Source: an uncultured cyanobacterium (GTDB lineage Bacteria; Cyanobacteriota; Cyanobacteriia; PCC-6307; Cyanobiaceae). From it: a stretch of DNA of 64,000 nucleotides. The notes beneath the pieces were generated by a model. The model ran no database searches. It was not told where the DNA came from and worked only from the letters and a program-made list of their open reading frames with translations. The translations under genes and the position numbers were made by a program. Shown piece by piece: positions 19,314 through 28,602 of this stretch; positions within the stretch are counted from its first letter, which is position 1; each line of letters opens with the position of its first letter. Location: contig CAVONQ010000011.1 of the NCBI GenBank assembly GCA_963697335.1, forward strand, positions 1 to 64,000. Reading direction: 5' to 3'.

Positions 19314-21194
19314 TCAGGCCAGGGCCTTGGCGTCTTCCGGCATGACGCTCTCAGCCAGAAGATCGCGCAGGTTGTCGCCCTCGATCACCTCTTTTTCCAG
19401 GATCTCCTGGGAGATGCTCTCCAGCAGGGAGCGGTTGTGGCGCAGGATCGCCTGGGCCCGGTCGTGGGCCCGGTCCACCAGGCTGCGCACCTCCTTGTCG
19501 ATCGCCTGGGCCGTGGCATCGCTCACCACCCGGCGGGGGTTGTTGCCACCGCCGAGGAAGCGGCTGCCGCCCTGCTTGTCATAGGCCAGGGGGCCGAGGG
19601 TGTCGCTCATGCCGTAGGTGCCCACCATCTGCTCGGCGATGTCGGTGGCGCGCTGCAGGTCGTTGGCGGCGCCGGTGGTGACCTCGCCGAACACGATCTC
19701 TTCTGCGCTGCGGCCGCCCAGCAGGGTGGCGATCTGACCTTCGAGGTCTTCCTTGGAATTGAGGAAGCGCTCCTCGGTGGGCAGTTGCAGGGTGTAGCCG
19801 AGGGCACTCATGCCCCGGGGCACGATCGAGATCTTGGCCACCTTGGAGCCACCGGGCATCAGGTGGCCCACGATCGCGTGGCCCACCTCGTGGTAAGCCA
19901 CCACCTTCTTCTCATCGGGCTGCAGCACCCGGCTCTTCTTCTCGAGGCCGGCCACCACGCGCTCGATGGCCTCGTTGAGGTCCCCCTGTTCCACGCTGGT
20001 GCGCTTCACCCGGGCGGCCAGCAGGGCGGCCTCGTTCACCAGGTTGGCGAGGTCGGCACCGGCAAAACCGCTGGTGGCCTGGGCGATTTTGTCAAGGTCG
20101 ACGCCCTCGGCCAGCTTCACTTTTTTGCCGTAGATGTCGAGAATCATCTTGCGACCGGAGAGGTCGGGGCGATCCACCAGCACCTGGCGGTCGAAACGGC
20201 CCGGGCGCAGCAGGGCGGCGTCGAGGGTTTCGGGCTGGTTGGTGGCCGCCAGCACGATCACCGGCTTGTCCTGGCCGGTGAAGCCATCCATCTCGGTGAG
20301 CAGCTGGTTGAGGGTCTGCTCGCGCTCATCGTTGCCACCCACCACGCCCATGGAGCCGGAGCGGCTCTTGCCGATGGCGTCGAGTTCGTCGATGAAGATG
20401 ATGCAGGGCGCCTTTTTCTTGGCCTCCTCAAACAGGTCACGCACCCGGGCCGCACCGGCGCCTACGAACAGTTCCACGAACTCCGAGCCGGAGATGATGA
20501 AGAAGGGCACACTGGCCTCGCCAGCCACCGCCTTGGAGAGCAGGGTCTTGCCGGTGCCGGGGGGGCCCACCAGCAGCACGCCCTTGGGGATGCGGGCGCC
20601 GATGGCGGCATAGCGCTCGGGCGTCTTGAGGAAGTCGACGATCTCGGTGAGCTCGGTCTTGGCCTCGTCCACGCCGGCCACGTCGGCGAAGGTGACGCGG
20701 GATTCCTCATCGGGCACGTACACCTTGGCCTTGCTCTTGGTGAAGCTCAGGGCCCCCTGGGCACCGCCCATGCCACTGCGGCGGGCGAAGAACTGCAGCA
20801 CCAGGATGAAGATCAGCGGCGGCACCACCCAGCTCAGCAGCGTGGTGAAGAAGTTGGGCTTCTGGGGCGGCGCGGCGGCGAACTCCACGCCGTGCTGCTC
20901 CAGTCGCTGGGGCAGGTCCATGTCGAAGATCGGCGTGGTGGCCAGCACCGTGGGGGCGCCCTCTGCAGGGGCCTCCTTGAGTTCGTAGCGGATCTGCTCC
21001 TGGGTGATGAAGGCCCGCTTGACGCCGTCGTCGTTCACCTGGTCGATGAACAGGGAGTAGGGCACCCGCGGCACCTGGGAGGAGCCGTTGGGCAGGAAAT
21101 TGCTGAAGAGCAGCAGAACGCCGAAGCCGATCAGGATCAGATTGATCAGGCCGAAGCGCCGCGAGGGCCCCTTGTCATCCTGGCGGATCGGCAT
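19314..21194 (-). CDS. ftsH: ATP-dependent zinc metalloprotease FtsH (FtsH3-like)
   Basis: Two TM segments, [26 protein letters not shown]. Confidence 0.96.
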   Translation of the reverse strand: MPIRQDDKGPSRRFGLINLILIGFGVLLLFSNFLPNGSSQVPRVPYSLFIDQVNDDGVKRAFITQEQIRYELKEAPAEGAPTVLATTPIFDMDLPQRLEQHGVEFAAAPPQKPNFFTTLLSWVVPPLIFILVLQFFARRSGMGGAQGALSFTKSKAKVYVPDEESRVTFADVAGVDEAKTELTEIVDFLKTPERYAAIGARIPKGVLLVGPPGTGKTLLSKAVAGEASVPFFIISGSEFVELFVGAGAARVRDLFEEAKKKAPCIIFIDELDAIGKSRSGSMGVVGGNDEREQTLNQLLTEMDGFTGQDKPVIVLAATNQPETLDAALLRPGRFDRQVLVDRPDLSGRKMILDIYGKKVKLAEGVDLDKIAQATSGFAGADLANLVNEAALLAARVKRTSVEQGDLNEAIERVVAGLEKKSRVLQPDEKKVVAYHEVGHAIVGHLMPGGSKVAKISIVPRGMSALGYTLQLPTEERFLNSKEDLEGQIATLLGGRSAEEIVFGEVTTGAANDLQRATDIAEQMVGTYGMSDTLGPLAYDKQGGSRFLGGGNNPRRVVSDATAQAIDKEVRSLVDRAHDRAQAILRHNRSLLESISQEILEKEVIEGDNLRDLLAESVMPEDAKALA

Positions 21195-21289
21195 GGTGCG
21201 GCAGCCAAAGGTTCGCCCAAGCTAGGCCTGGTGGGTGAGAGCCCGAACCGACCCGGGGTTGGGAGAACCGATCCTTCACCGTCCCTGCC

Positions 21290-21946
21290 ATGTGCGGCCG
21301 TTTTTCCCTCACCAGCGAGCTCGACCGCCTGCTGCCCCGGCTGAAGGGCCCCCTGCCGCCGGGGCTCATGGAGCACTACGCCCCCAGGCCCCTGATCCGC
21401 CCGGGGGAACCGCTGCTGTTGTTGCGGCAGGAGCACGGTCGGCTGGGGCCGGCCCTGGCCCTCTGGGGGCTTCTGCCCAGCTGGGTGAAGGACCCGGCCG
21501 GGCGCCGGCGGCCGATCAACGCCCGGGCCGAAACCGTGGCCGAGAAGGCCAGCTTTCGGGGGCCCTGGCGCCACCACCGCTGTCTGATCCCCGCCGATGC
21601 CTTCCAGGAGCAGGGGGCCCAGATCCGACGCGCCGACGGGGCGCCGTTCTGGCTGGGCGGGCTGTGGGAGCGCTGGATCGGGGCCGACGGCAGCGAGCTG
21701 GACACCTGCTGCGTGCTCACCACCACGCCCAACGCCCTGATCGCCCCCCTGCACGACCGCATGCCGGTGGTGGTGCCGGACGGCCTGGAGGAGCCCTGGC
21801 TGGCCCCCTGCGACGGCGCCGCCCTGCGGGCCCTGGAGCCCCTGCTGCAGCCCTGGGATGGCGACGGCTGGCGACTGGAGCCCCTCTCCAAGCCACCGCC
21901 GCAGCCCGCACCGCTAGACCAGGACCAGTTGGAGCTGCCCTGGTGA
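21290..21946 (+). CDS. SOS response-associated peptidase (SRAP/HMCES family)
   Basis: MCGRF N-terminus, INARAET, LHDRMPV. Confidence 0.92.
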   Translation: MCGRFSLTSELDRLLPRLKGPLPPGLMEHYAPRPLIRPGEPLLLLRQEHGRLGPALALWGLLPSWVKDPAGRRRPINARAETVAEKASFRGPWRHHRCLIPADAFQEQGAQIRRADGAPFWLGGLWERWIGADGSELDTCCVLTTTPNALIAPLHDRMPVVVPDGLEEPWLAPCDGAALRALEPLLQPWDGDGWRLEPLSKPPPQPAPLDQDQLELPW

Positions 21947-22188
21947 GCCTGGAGCAACTGGATGCCTTTCTGGCCGAAGCCCGCAGCCAGGAGCCCCTGG
22001 CCGCCCGCCTGAACGAGCCCCTGGAGCTGGTGGAGTTCCTGCAGCTGGCCCGCTCCTGCGGCTATGCGGTGGAGGAGGCCGATGTGCTCGCCGCCCAGGA
22101 GCGGCAGGACGCCCAGCTCAGCGACGTGGAACTGCAGCACCGGGCGGGCATTGAGGCCCGCAAGCTGCGCCACTTCATCCAGGCCTGA
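21943..22188 (+). CDS. Nif11-like leader domain protein
   Basis: MSLEQLDAFL...LARSCGY...QLSDVELQHRAG, with GTGA overlap on the SRAP stop. Confidence 0.75.
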   Translation: MSLEQLDAFLAEARSQEPLAARLNEPLELVEFLQLARSCGYAVEEADVLAAQERQDAQLSDVELQHRAGIEARKLRHFIQA

Positions 22189-22192
22189 CCCC

Positions 22193-22752
22193 ATGGGCCT
22201 GGGCCTCACCCCACCCCACGACGGCGGCCCTGAGCCAGGCGAATGGGACCAGCCGATCAACAGCCGCCGGCCTGATCGGGTGGCCCGCTATCCGCGCCCA
22301 CCGGCCCTGGTGGCCTGCAGCCTGCCCGTGCAGGTGCGGGCCCTGGGCGAGGAGCTGGCCAGCAGCGACCACTCCCTCTGGGTGCTCGAAACCTTCCACC
22401 CGCCCACGATCTACCTGCCGCCCCGAGGCGCTGCGCAGCGAGTGGCTGCGCCCCGGCTACGGGCCGCTCCTTCTGCGAGTGGAAGGGCATGGCCAGCTAC
22501 TGGGATCTGGTGCGGTACGAGGGCGGCCCCCAGGAGCGTCGGCTGCCCCGCGCCCTGTGGAGCTATCCCCAACCCACGGAGCGCTTCAGCGCCCTGGCGG
22601 GCTGGTTTTCCCTCTATCCGGCCCTGATGGATGGTTGCTGGGTGGATGGCGAGCCGGTGCAGCCCCAGCCCGGGGGCTTCTACGGCGGCTGGATCCTGCC
22701 TTGGCTGGAGGGCCCGTTCAAGGGAGATCCGGCCCACCCCCAGCTGAGATGA
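22193..22752 (+). CDS. DUF427 family protein (frameshift near 22425)
   Basis: YPRPP, VLETFHPPTIYLP, SFCEWKG, WSYP, QPGGFYGGWI. Confidence 0.82.
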
Positions 22753-23824
22753 GGGTGCGGGTGGGGAAGGGCATGCTGGCGCCCTGTTCCGCCACCACCT
22801 CACCGATCAGCAGCAGCACCCGGTGCTGCACGGCCCAGGCCACCTTGATGTCGCCGCTGCGGGCGAAGCAGGTCAGGCGCAGGTCCAGGCTGGAGTCGCC
22901 ATAGCCGATGAAGTGCACCAGGTGGTCCTTGGCGGGGTCCACGCCCTCCACCTCGAGCACCCGCTCCTGCAGGGCTTCGGAGATGGCCGGAATCAGTTGG
23001 CGGTCGTCGTAGCTGAGGCCGAAGGGAATCACCAGGCGCCGGTTGTCGATCTCGGCCACGTTCTGCACCGGCTGGGTGGTGAACACACCGTTGGGCACAT
23101 AGATGCGCTGGCGGTCGGGGTCGCGCAGGCGGGTGTAGAACCAGCTCACGTTCTCCACCGTGCCCAGCAGCGAGAGTTGGGGCAGGCTGATCGTTTCGCC
23201 GATCGTGAACGGCCTGTTGATGTAGATGCTCAGGCCGCTGAGGGCGTTTTCCACGATTGTGCGGGCCCCGAAGCCCAGGGCCGCGGCCCCGAAGCCCCCG
23301 GCCGTGATCAGCACCGACGGCGACACCCCCAACGCCTGCAGCACCTGGAAGGTGACCAGCACCCAGATCAGCACGCCCAGCAGCTTGGTGAGCACGTCGA
23401 ACAGGAACATCCGGTCTTTGCCATCCAGCTGTGGCAGCAGCTGGGCGGCGTAGCGCTCGGCCTTGCCGCTGAGTTCAGCCTTCCAGCGCAGCAGGGTCCA
23501 GAACACCCCCACCGCGATCAGGCCATCCCGCAGGGCGGCGCCGCCGCGGGCCTGGGCCAGCAGATCCGGAGCGGCCAGGCCGGCGGCCCACCACAGCGCG
23601 GTGCCGAGGGCCAGGGTGAGGCAGAGGCTGAGCTTGCTCAGCAGCAGCAGGGCGCGCCAGAGGGAGTCGCTGCGGAAGCGGCGGGCCAGCTGGTCGAGCA
23701 CGAGCCCCAGCGACGCGGCCAGCAGCAGCCCCGCCAGCGGCAGCTGCAGGTTGAAGGGCAGGGCCGCGGCGGCAGCGGTGGACGGGGACATGGCGATCAG
23801 CTCCTTGGACTCTGCAGGCGCCAC
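22718..23824 (-). CDS. Small-conductance mechanosensitive channel (MscS family)
   Basis: ALGFGARTIVENALSG, RPFTIGE, GTVE, IYVPN, GDSSLDL. Confidence 0.88.
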   Translation of the reverse strand: MAPAESKELIAMSPSTAAAAALPFNLQLPLAGLLLAASLGLVLDQLARRFRSDSLWRALLLLSKLSLCLTLALGTALWWAAGLAAPDLLAQARGGAALRDGLIAVGVFWTLLRWKAELSGKAERYAAQLLPQLDGKDRMFLFDVLTKLLGVLIWVLVTFQVLQALGVSPSVLITAGGFGAAALGFGARTIVENALSGLSIYINRPFTIGETISLPQLSLLGTVENVSWFYTRLRDPDRQRIYVPNGVFTTQPVQNVAEIDNRRLVIPFGLSYDDRQLIPAISEALQERVLEVEGVDPAKDHLVHFIGYGDSSLDLRLTCFARSGDIKVAWAVQHRVLLLIGEVVAEQGASMPFPTRTLISAGGGPDLP

Positions 23825-24894
23825 AGCAGATCGGGCCCCAGGCCGCGGGGTGTGCGGCTCTGCCAGGTGGGCACCTGCTCCATGTCAGTGAACCCCAGAT
23901 CCCCCAGGGGTGTGTGGGCCGGGGTGCCGCCCATCAGTTTGGGTGCGATCACCGCCGCCAGCTCCTGCACGCAGCCCTGATGCAGGGCGGCGCTGGCCAG
24001 CTCGGCGCCGCATTCCCACAGCACCTGGTTGCAGCCGCGCCGCGCCAGGTGCTCCAGCAGGGCCCGGGGCTCGCACTGCTCCAGCACCAGCCGCTCGATG
24101 CCGAGCCGGTCGAGCTGGAAGCGTCTGCGGGCCGGGGCGCCGTAGCCGTGGGCCACCAGGGTGGGGGCTGTGCTCGTGTCCCAGAGTTGGGCCTGCCGGG
24201 GCAGATCGAGGCTGCGGCTGATCACCACCCGCAGCGGTTCCGGCCGGCGCCGCCCCCGGGAGGTGAGCAGGGGATCGTCGGCCCGCACGGTGCCGCCGCC
24301 CACGATCACCGCGTCACAGCGGGCCCGCAGCCCATGCACCCAGCTGCGGGCCTCAGGCCCAGTGATCCACTGGCTGGCGCCGTTGGCCAGGGCGGTGCGG
24401 CCGTCCACCCCCATGGCCCACTTGAGGATGCCCAGGGGCCGCCCGTGACTCAACCGGTGCAGGAAGGCCCGGTTCAGCTCGCGGGCCTCGGCCTCGCAGA
24501 TGCCCTCGATCACCTCCAGGCCCGCCTGGCGCAGCTGCTCCAGGCCGCCTCCCGCTACCTGGGGGTTCGGATCGGCCATCGCCACCACCACCCGGGCCAG
24601 CCCCGCGGCCAGCAGGGCCTCGCTGCAGGGGGGGGTGCGGCCGTGGTGGCAGCAGGGCTCCAGGCTCACCACGGCGGTGCCGCCCCGGGCCCGTGTGCCC
24701 GCCTGGGCCAGGGCGCCCACCTCGGCATGGGGGCCGCCGGCCCTGGCATGAAATCCCTCCCCCACCAGCCGACCCTCGGCATCGAGCACCACGCAGCCCA
24801 CCATCGGGTTGGGGCTGGTGCGACCGGCCCCCAGGGCCGCCAGCTGCAGGGCCCGTTGCATCCAGGGGCGCCAGGCCCGCTGCTGGGCCGTCAT
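23797..24894 (-). CDS. ribD: Riboflavin biosynthesis deaminase/reductase
   Basis: PNPMVG, HAE, LEPCCH.GRTPPC, SQWIT, VGGGTV.ADDP. Confidence 0.95.
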   Translation of the reverse strand: MTAQQRAWRPWMQRALQLAALGAGRTSPNPMVGCVVLDAEGRLVGEGFHARAGGPHAEVGALAQAGTRARGGTAVVSLEPCCHHGRTPPCSEALLAAGLARVVVAMADPNPQVAGGGLEQLRQAGLEVIEGICEAEARELNRAFLHRLSHGRPLGILKWAMGVDGRTALANGASQWITGPEARSWVHGLRARCDAVIVGGGTVRADDPLLTSRGRRRPEPLRVVISRSLDLPRQAQLWDTSTAPTLVAHGYGAPARRRFQLDRLGIERLVLEQCEPRALLEHLARRGCNQVLWECGAELASAALHQGCVQELAAVIAPKLMGGTPAHTPLGDLGFTDMEQVPTWQSRTPRGLGPDLLWRLQSPRS

Positions 24895-25376
24895 CCCAGG
24901 GGGGCGCTGGGCAGGCTGCGCCATTCCGCCACCACGAAGGGCGGCACCGGCAACTCCACGAACACCCCGGGCAGCTGCAGCCGCAGGGGCCGATCCTGCT
25001 GCAGGTCGGCCAGCAACGGAGCCAGGTCGAACTCGGCGGCGGCGTCGCGGCCATCGGCCGCCAGCTGGGGGTTGTCCAGGGTGAGGTCGCCCAGTTCCCA
25101 GCTGCTGCGGCCGCTGCGCACCAGCAGGGCGGTGGGGTGATTCAGGCGCACCCTGCCGGGGAAGCCCACCACCCGCAGCCGCAAGGGGCCGCCGGGGCGG
25201 CCCTGGCGGTAGGCCACCAGCTGCCAGCTCTGGTAGTCAAGATCGCGCAGGCTCTCGAGGCTGCGCACCACCGGCACGCCGTTTTCATCCGGGTGGGCGT
25301 GCACCTGGGCGAGGGCCGGCGCCCCGCCAGCCAGGCCCAGCAGCAGGGCGAGCACGAGGCCGACCACGCCGCTCAT
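24891..25376 (-). CDS. DUF3122 family protein
   Basis: Signal peptide, RSLESLRD, WQLVAY, LRVVGFPG. Confidence 0.8.
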   Translation of the reverse strand: MSGVVGLVLALLLGLAGGAPALAQVHAHPDENGVPVVRSLESLRDLDYQSWQLVAYRQGRPGGPLRLRVVGFPGRVRLNHPTALLVRSGRSSWELGDLTLDNPQLAADGRDAAAEFDLAPLLADLQQDRPLRLQLPGVFVELPVPPFVVAEWRSLPSAPLG

Positions 25377-27895
25377 GCCAGGGCCTCCCGCTCGGCCCCG
25401 GGGATCGGCTGCCAGTTGGTGTGGGTGGCCCAGAGGGCCCAGATCGCCATGGCCCGCAGGTAGTGGCAGGCCCGGAAGGTGTTGACCCCGGTGATCGCTT
25501 CGGGCGTGCGGAACTGGAGGCCGCCGCTGTACACCTGCTCCACCACCGCGCCGGTGATCGCCAGCGCGGTGGCCTGCTCGCCCATCAGCCGGTAGTAGGC
25601 GGCCAGGCCGAAGTTGATGCCGGTCCACACCTCCAGGGGGTGGGTGCCCTGGGGATCCAGGGGTGTGCCGTCGCGGCGCAGGCCGTTGGCCACCCCCAGC
25701 TTGCCGCCGGCGAAGCCCTCGAAGCAGGCCTCCTTCACCGCCTGCAGGGCACTGCGGGCCCGCTCGTCAGCCACCACCGGAGGCAGACCCAGCAGGCGGG
25801 CATAGAAGTCGCCGCAGAGCTGGTCGGCCATCACCACCGGCGTGCCGCTCTCGGCATCGATCTTGTAGAACTCTCCGTTCCAGAGCAGCCGATCGAAGTT
25901 GGCGCGCGACTGCTCCAGCCAGCTGCTGAACTGCCGCTGCTGGCTCGAGGTGTCGAGCCCCAGCTCCAGCTGCAGCCGCTGGCCCATGGCCAGGGCCGCC
26001 TCGAGGGCGGCGATCCAGAGGGCGCCGCAGTAGGCGCTCACCCCCTTGAGCGGCCAGTCGTCGAAGGTCTGGTCCGGGGCGCCGCCGTTGTCGGGCAGGC
26101 CGTCGTCGTTGGCGTCGAAACTCTTGAGGTATTGCAGGGCCTGCACCGCCGCCGGCCAGCAGTCGGCCAGGAAGCGCAGGTCTTCGCCGCCGGGGGCGAG
26201 ACGGAAGGTGCGCCACACCTGCAGCACGAAATCACTGGCCAGGTCTTTCCAGAGGTTGCAGTCCTGGTAGGCGGTGTAGTTGGTGGCGTCCCAGGGGCGC
26301 TCGTTGGGGGCGCCGAGGTCGTGGGGGGTGGCGCCGGCCACCTTGCGCTCCGCCTCCACCCGGCCCTTGCCCTGGGTGAAATACCAGCCGATCGGCCGGG
26401 CCGTGGCATCGGCCGCCGGGATGGCCCGGGCGAAGCTGCGCAACACGCTCTTGTCGAGCTCCGGCCACAGCTGCAGCAGGGCGAAGGAGCCGTAGAGCCG
26501 CACATCGAGGCTCTCGTACCAGGCGTAGTCGAGGCACTCCAGCACCCCGAAGCGGCCCACCGGATCCTCGGGGCTGGCGGCGGTCCAGAGGCTGCCGCCG
26601 GAGGCCAGGTCGTAGAGCTCGTTGAACAGGGCCATGCGCAGGGGCTCGGGCAGGTCGGTGCGCTCCAGCACCGGCCGCTGCCAGGCCTCGATCTGCTCCA
26701 GCCAGCCACCCCAGTCGCGCAGGGCCTCGGCGGCGATGGCCGCGGCGTTGGCGCCGCTGGCACCGAAGTGGTCGGTGTAGCGCCGCAGGGCCGAGCTGCC
26801 GGTGGCGAAGGCCGTCACGGGCAGGTCCCAGCTGATCACCACGGGGATCTCGATCGTTTCGCCCGGCTCGAGGCGCAGCTGCACGGCCAGGGCGGCGCTG
26901 GCGGGGTCGTTCGTCCCGCTGTGGCGGTCGTTGTTGCTGTCGGGAATCGAGCCATCGCGGGCGAAGGGCTCCCACAGCTCAGCGCCGTCACCGGCGGGGT
27001 TCCAGCGGCTGCAGCGCTGGATGCGCAGCCCTGGGTGGCGCTGCTCCAGGCCGGCATCGGTGGCGATGCACCACTGGCCCTGCCCCTCGGCGATCGGCTC
27101 AGAGCGCGGGCCCTCCAGCAGCACGCCCTTGAGCGATCCGTCGTCGATCCAGCGGTTGCGCTGGCCCTGGCTGCGGCCAATGGCCGGCAGGTAGTTGTGC
27201 TCGGGACTGCCGTCGTCGCGGAACTTGACGGCTGCTGTGGGGTCGGTGTTGGTGAACCAGCCGGTGGTGTTGCGCCAGCTCAGCAGCAGGGAGAGATCGA
27301 GGGGGCGGCGGCTGGGGTTGCTGAGGCTCCAGCGGAACACCGCCACCGGATAGCTGCTGCGCTGGTAGTCGCCCGGCAGGATCGGGCTGAAGGCCTCGCA
27401 GCCCACCTGGGCGGCGAACACCCCCGTGTAGCTCGTCCAGCTGAGCGGGTAGCGGGCGGCGTAGGTGCCGGTGCTGCGCTCGGCCGAGCTGGCCGGATAC
27501 CAGCTCCAGGCTGTCAGGGGCGCTCCGGCGTCGGGGCGGGAGGCATCGGCCTCGGGGGCCACGGCCAGGGCGTGGGCGCGGCTGCTGTCGCCATCGCTCT
27601 CGTAGAGGGCGAACTGGCAGTCGGGCAGGGTGCCGAACCAGTGCTCCCCACCATCGAGGTGCCAGAGGTTGAAGCTGCCATCGGGGGCGCGGCCGAAACA
27701 GCCGGCGCCGAAGCCCCCCAGGGGCATGCCGTGGTTGGGGCCGTCATCGAGGTTGCTGGCGTAGCGCACCGTGTAGGGCTGCTCCCAGCCCAGGCCGAAG
27801 GGCCGCGACCAGCTGGCCGGCGGCGGGTTGCCCGGCGCCCCGGACCCCCTGCCCTGCAGCAGGGTCTTGAGGGTGGAGAGTCCGAGGCGCGCCAT
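25373..27895 (-). CDS. GH116 glycoside hydrolase (GBA2/non-lysosomal glucosylceramidase-like)
   Basis: GMPLGGFGAG, LECLDYAWYESLDV, PHDLG, WKDL, DQTFDDW, EVWTG, FRTPEA, YLRAMAIW. Confidence 0.92.
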   Translation of the reverse strand: MARLGLSTLKTLLQGRGSGAPGNPPPASWSRPFGLGWEQPYTVRYASNLDDGPNHGMPLGGFGAGCFGRAPDGSFNLWHLDGGEHWFGTLPDCQFALYESDGDSSRAHALAVAPEADASRPDAGAPLTAWSWYPASSAERSTGTYAARYPLSWTSYTGVFAAQVGCEAFSPILPGDYQRSSYPVAVFRWSLSNPSRRPLDLSLLLSWRNTTGWFTNTDPTAAVKFRDDGSPEHNYLPAIGRSQGQRNRWIDDGSLKGVLLEGPRSEPIAEGQGQWCIATDAGLEQRHPGLRIQRCSRWNPAGDGAELWEPFARDGSIPDSNNDRHSGTNDPASAALAVQLRLEPGETIEIPVVISWDLPVTAFATGSSALRRYTDHFGASGANAAAIAAEALRDWGGWLEQIEAWQRPVLERTDLPEPLRMALFNELYDLASGGSLWTAASPEDPVGRFGVLECLDYAWYESLDVRLYGSFALLQLWPELDKSVLRSFARAIPAADATARPIGWYFTQGKGRVEAERKVAGATPHDLGAPNERPWDATNYTAYQDCNLWKDLASDFVLQVWRTFRLAPGGEDLRFLADCWPAAVQALQYLKSFDANDDGLPDNGGAPDQTFDDWPLKGVSAYCGALWIAALEAALAMGQRLQLELGLDTSSQQRQFSSWLEQSRANFDRLLWNGEFYKIDAESGTPVVMADQLCGDFYARLLGLPPVVADERARSALQAVKEACFEGFAGGKLGVANGLRRDGTPLDPQGTHPLEVWTGINFGLAAYYRLMGEQATALAITGAVVEQVYSGGLQFRTPEAITGVNTFRACHYLRAMAIWALWATHTNWQPIPGAEREALA

Positions 27896-27922
27896 GGAGC
27901 GGAGGGAAGTGGGGCCAGCTTG

Positions 27923-28144
27923 TCAGAGATGGCTGGCGTCTTCCTGGTCGATCAGGGCATCGAGGGTGATGGCCGAGCGCACCAGGGCCTGGTAGCGCTG
28001 CACGACGCGCCGGTTGCGCTCGATCCAGTTGCCGGGGTCGCCGCTGGGCAGGGCTGTGCTGTCGCCACTGAGCAGTTCGAGATCCTGCTGCTGGGCCAGC
28101 AGGGTGAGCACCAGCTCGTGGATGCGCTGGCGGCGGTCGCTCAT
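27923..28144 (-). CDS. Conserved hypothetical protein
   Basis: MSDRRQRIHELVLTL...WIERNRRVVQRYQALVRSAITLDALIDQE, with host-like codon usage. Confidence 0.7.
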   Translation of the reverse strand: MSDRRQRIHELVLTLLAQQQDLELLSGDSTALPSGDPGNWIERNRRVVQRYQALVRSAITLDALIDQEDASHL

Positions 28145-28555
28145 GGCTGGGGGGTGGACACTCGATGGCCATCCTCGCGCCGAGGTCCTGGGTCTGCAGT
28201 TCGAGCTCGAGATTCGGCGAGAAGCCGGCAGCAAGGCTCTCCGATCAACGGCCGACCGCCATCGGTTGTCGATGTGCGATTGCGCTGCCGTCGAGCGCGA
28301 GGTACTTGGCGTAGTTGGCTCAGCTGATCGGCGGGATCGCCGAGCTTGCTGGGTGCCGGCCTGGCGATTCAACGCAGGCCAAGGACTGCTGGATTGGCTT
28401 CCAGGGTGGAGCTCCGCTCCAGGATGAGGCTCAGGCCGAGGCAGGAGGGGAACCAGTTGCCCATGGCGGCGACGAGCTGCTGGCGGCTCTCGGCGGAGGT
28501 GGCCACGGGGGCCCTGTGGTGGGTTGCAGCCGGCCCGGGGGCCTCTTATGGACAT

Positions 28556-28572
28556 TTATGGCTCAGCCCTAA
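28556..28572. promoter_or_regulatory. Second copy of the TTATGGCT-N-AGCCATAA palindrome (1 mismatch)
   Basis: TTATGGCT-C-AGCCCTAA, 30 nt upstream of the ATPase start. An extra TTATGG half-site lies at 28546. Confidence 0.55.
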
Positions 28573-28602
28573 TTAAGAGACAGGCGTAAACCCCCCACAG
28601 CC

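Noticed and set aside
21195..21289. LexA box upstream of SRAP
   Set aside because: No GTAC-N-GTAC-like motif in the ftsH-SRAP intergenic region.
21943..22188. Prochlorosin-like RiPP cluster
   Set aside because: No GG-delimited Cys/Ser/Thr-rich core, and no LanM, YcaO or peptidase transporter in the window.
25421..28327. Very long antisense ORFs (e.g. 968 aa here, 635 aa opposite ftsH, 834 aa opposite trmD-era, and the 5' extension of ftn2 opposite pdhA)
   Set aside because: They are shadow frames of GC3-rich genes on the opposite strand and contain no recognisable motifs.
28150..28545. Possible short ORFs or gene remnants between the hypothetical gene and the ATPase
   Set aside because: Only short interrupted frames are present, with no recognisable family.
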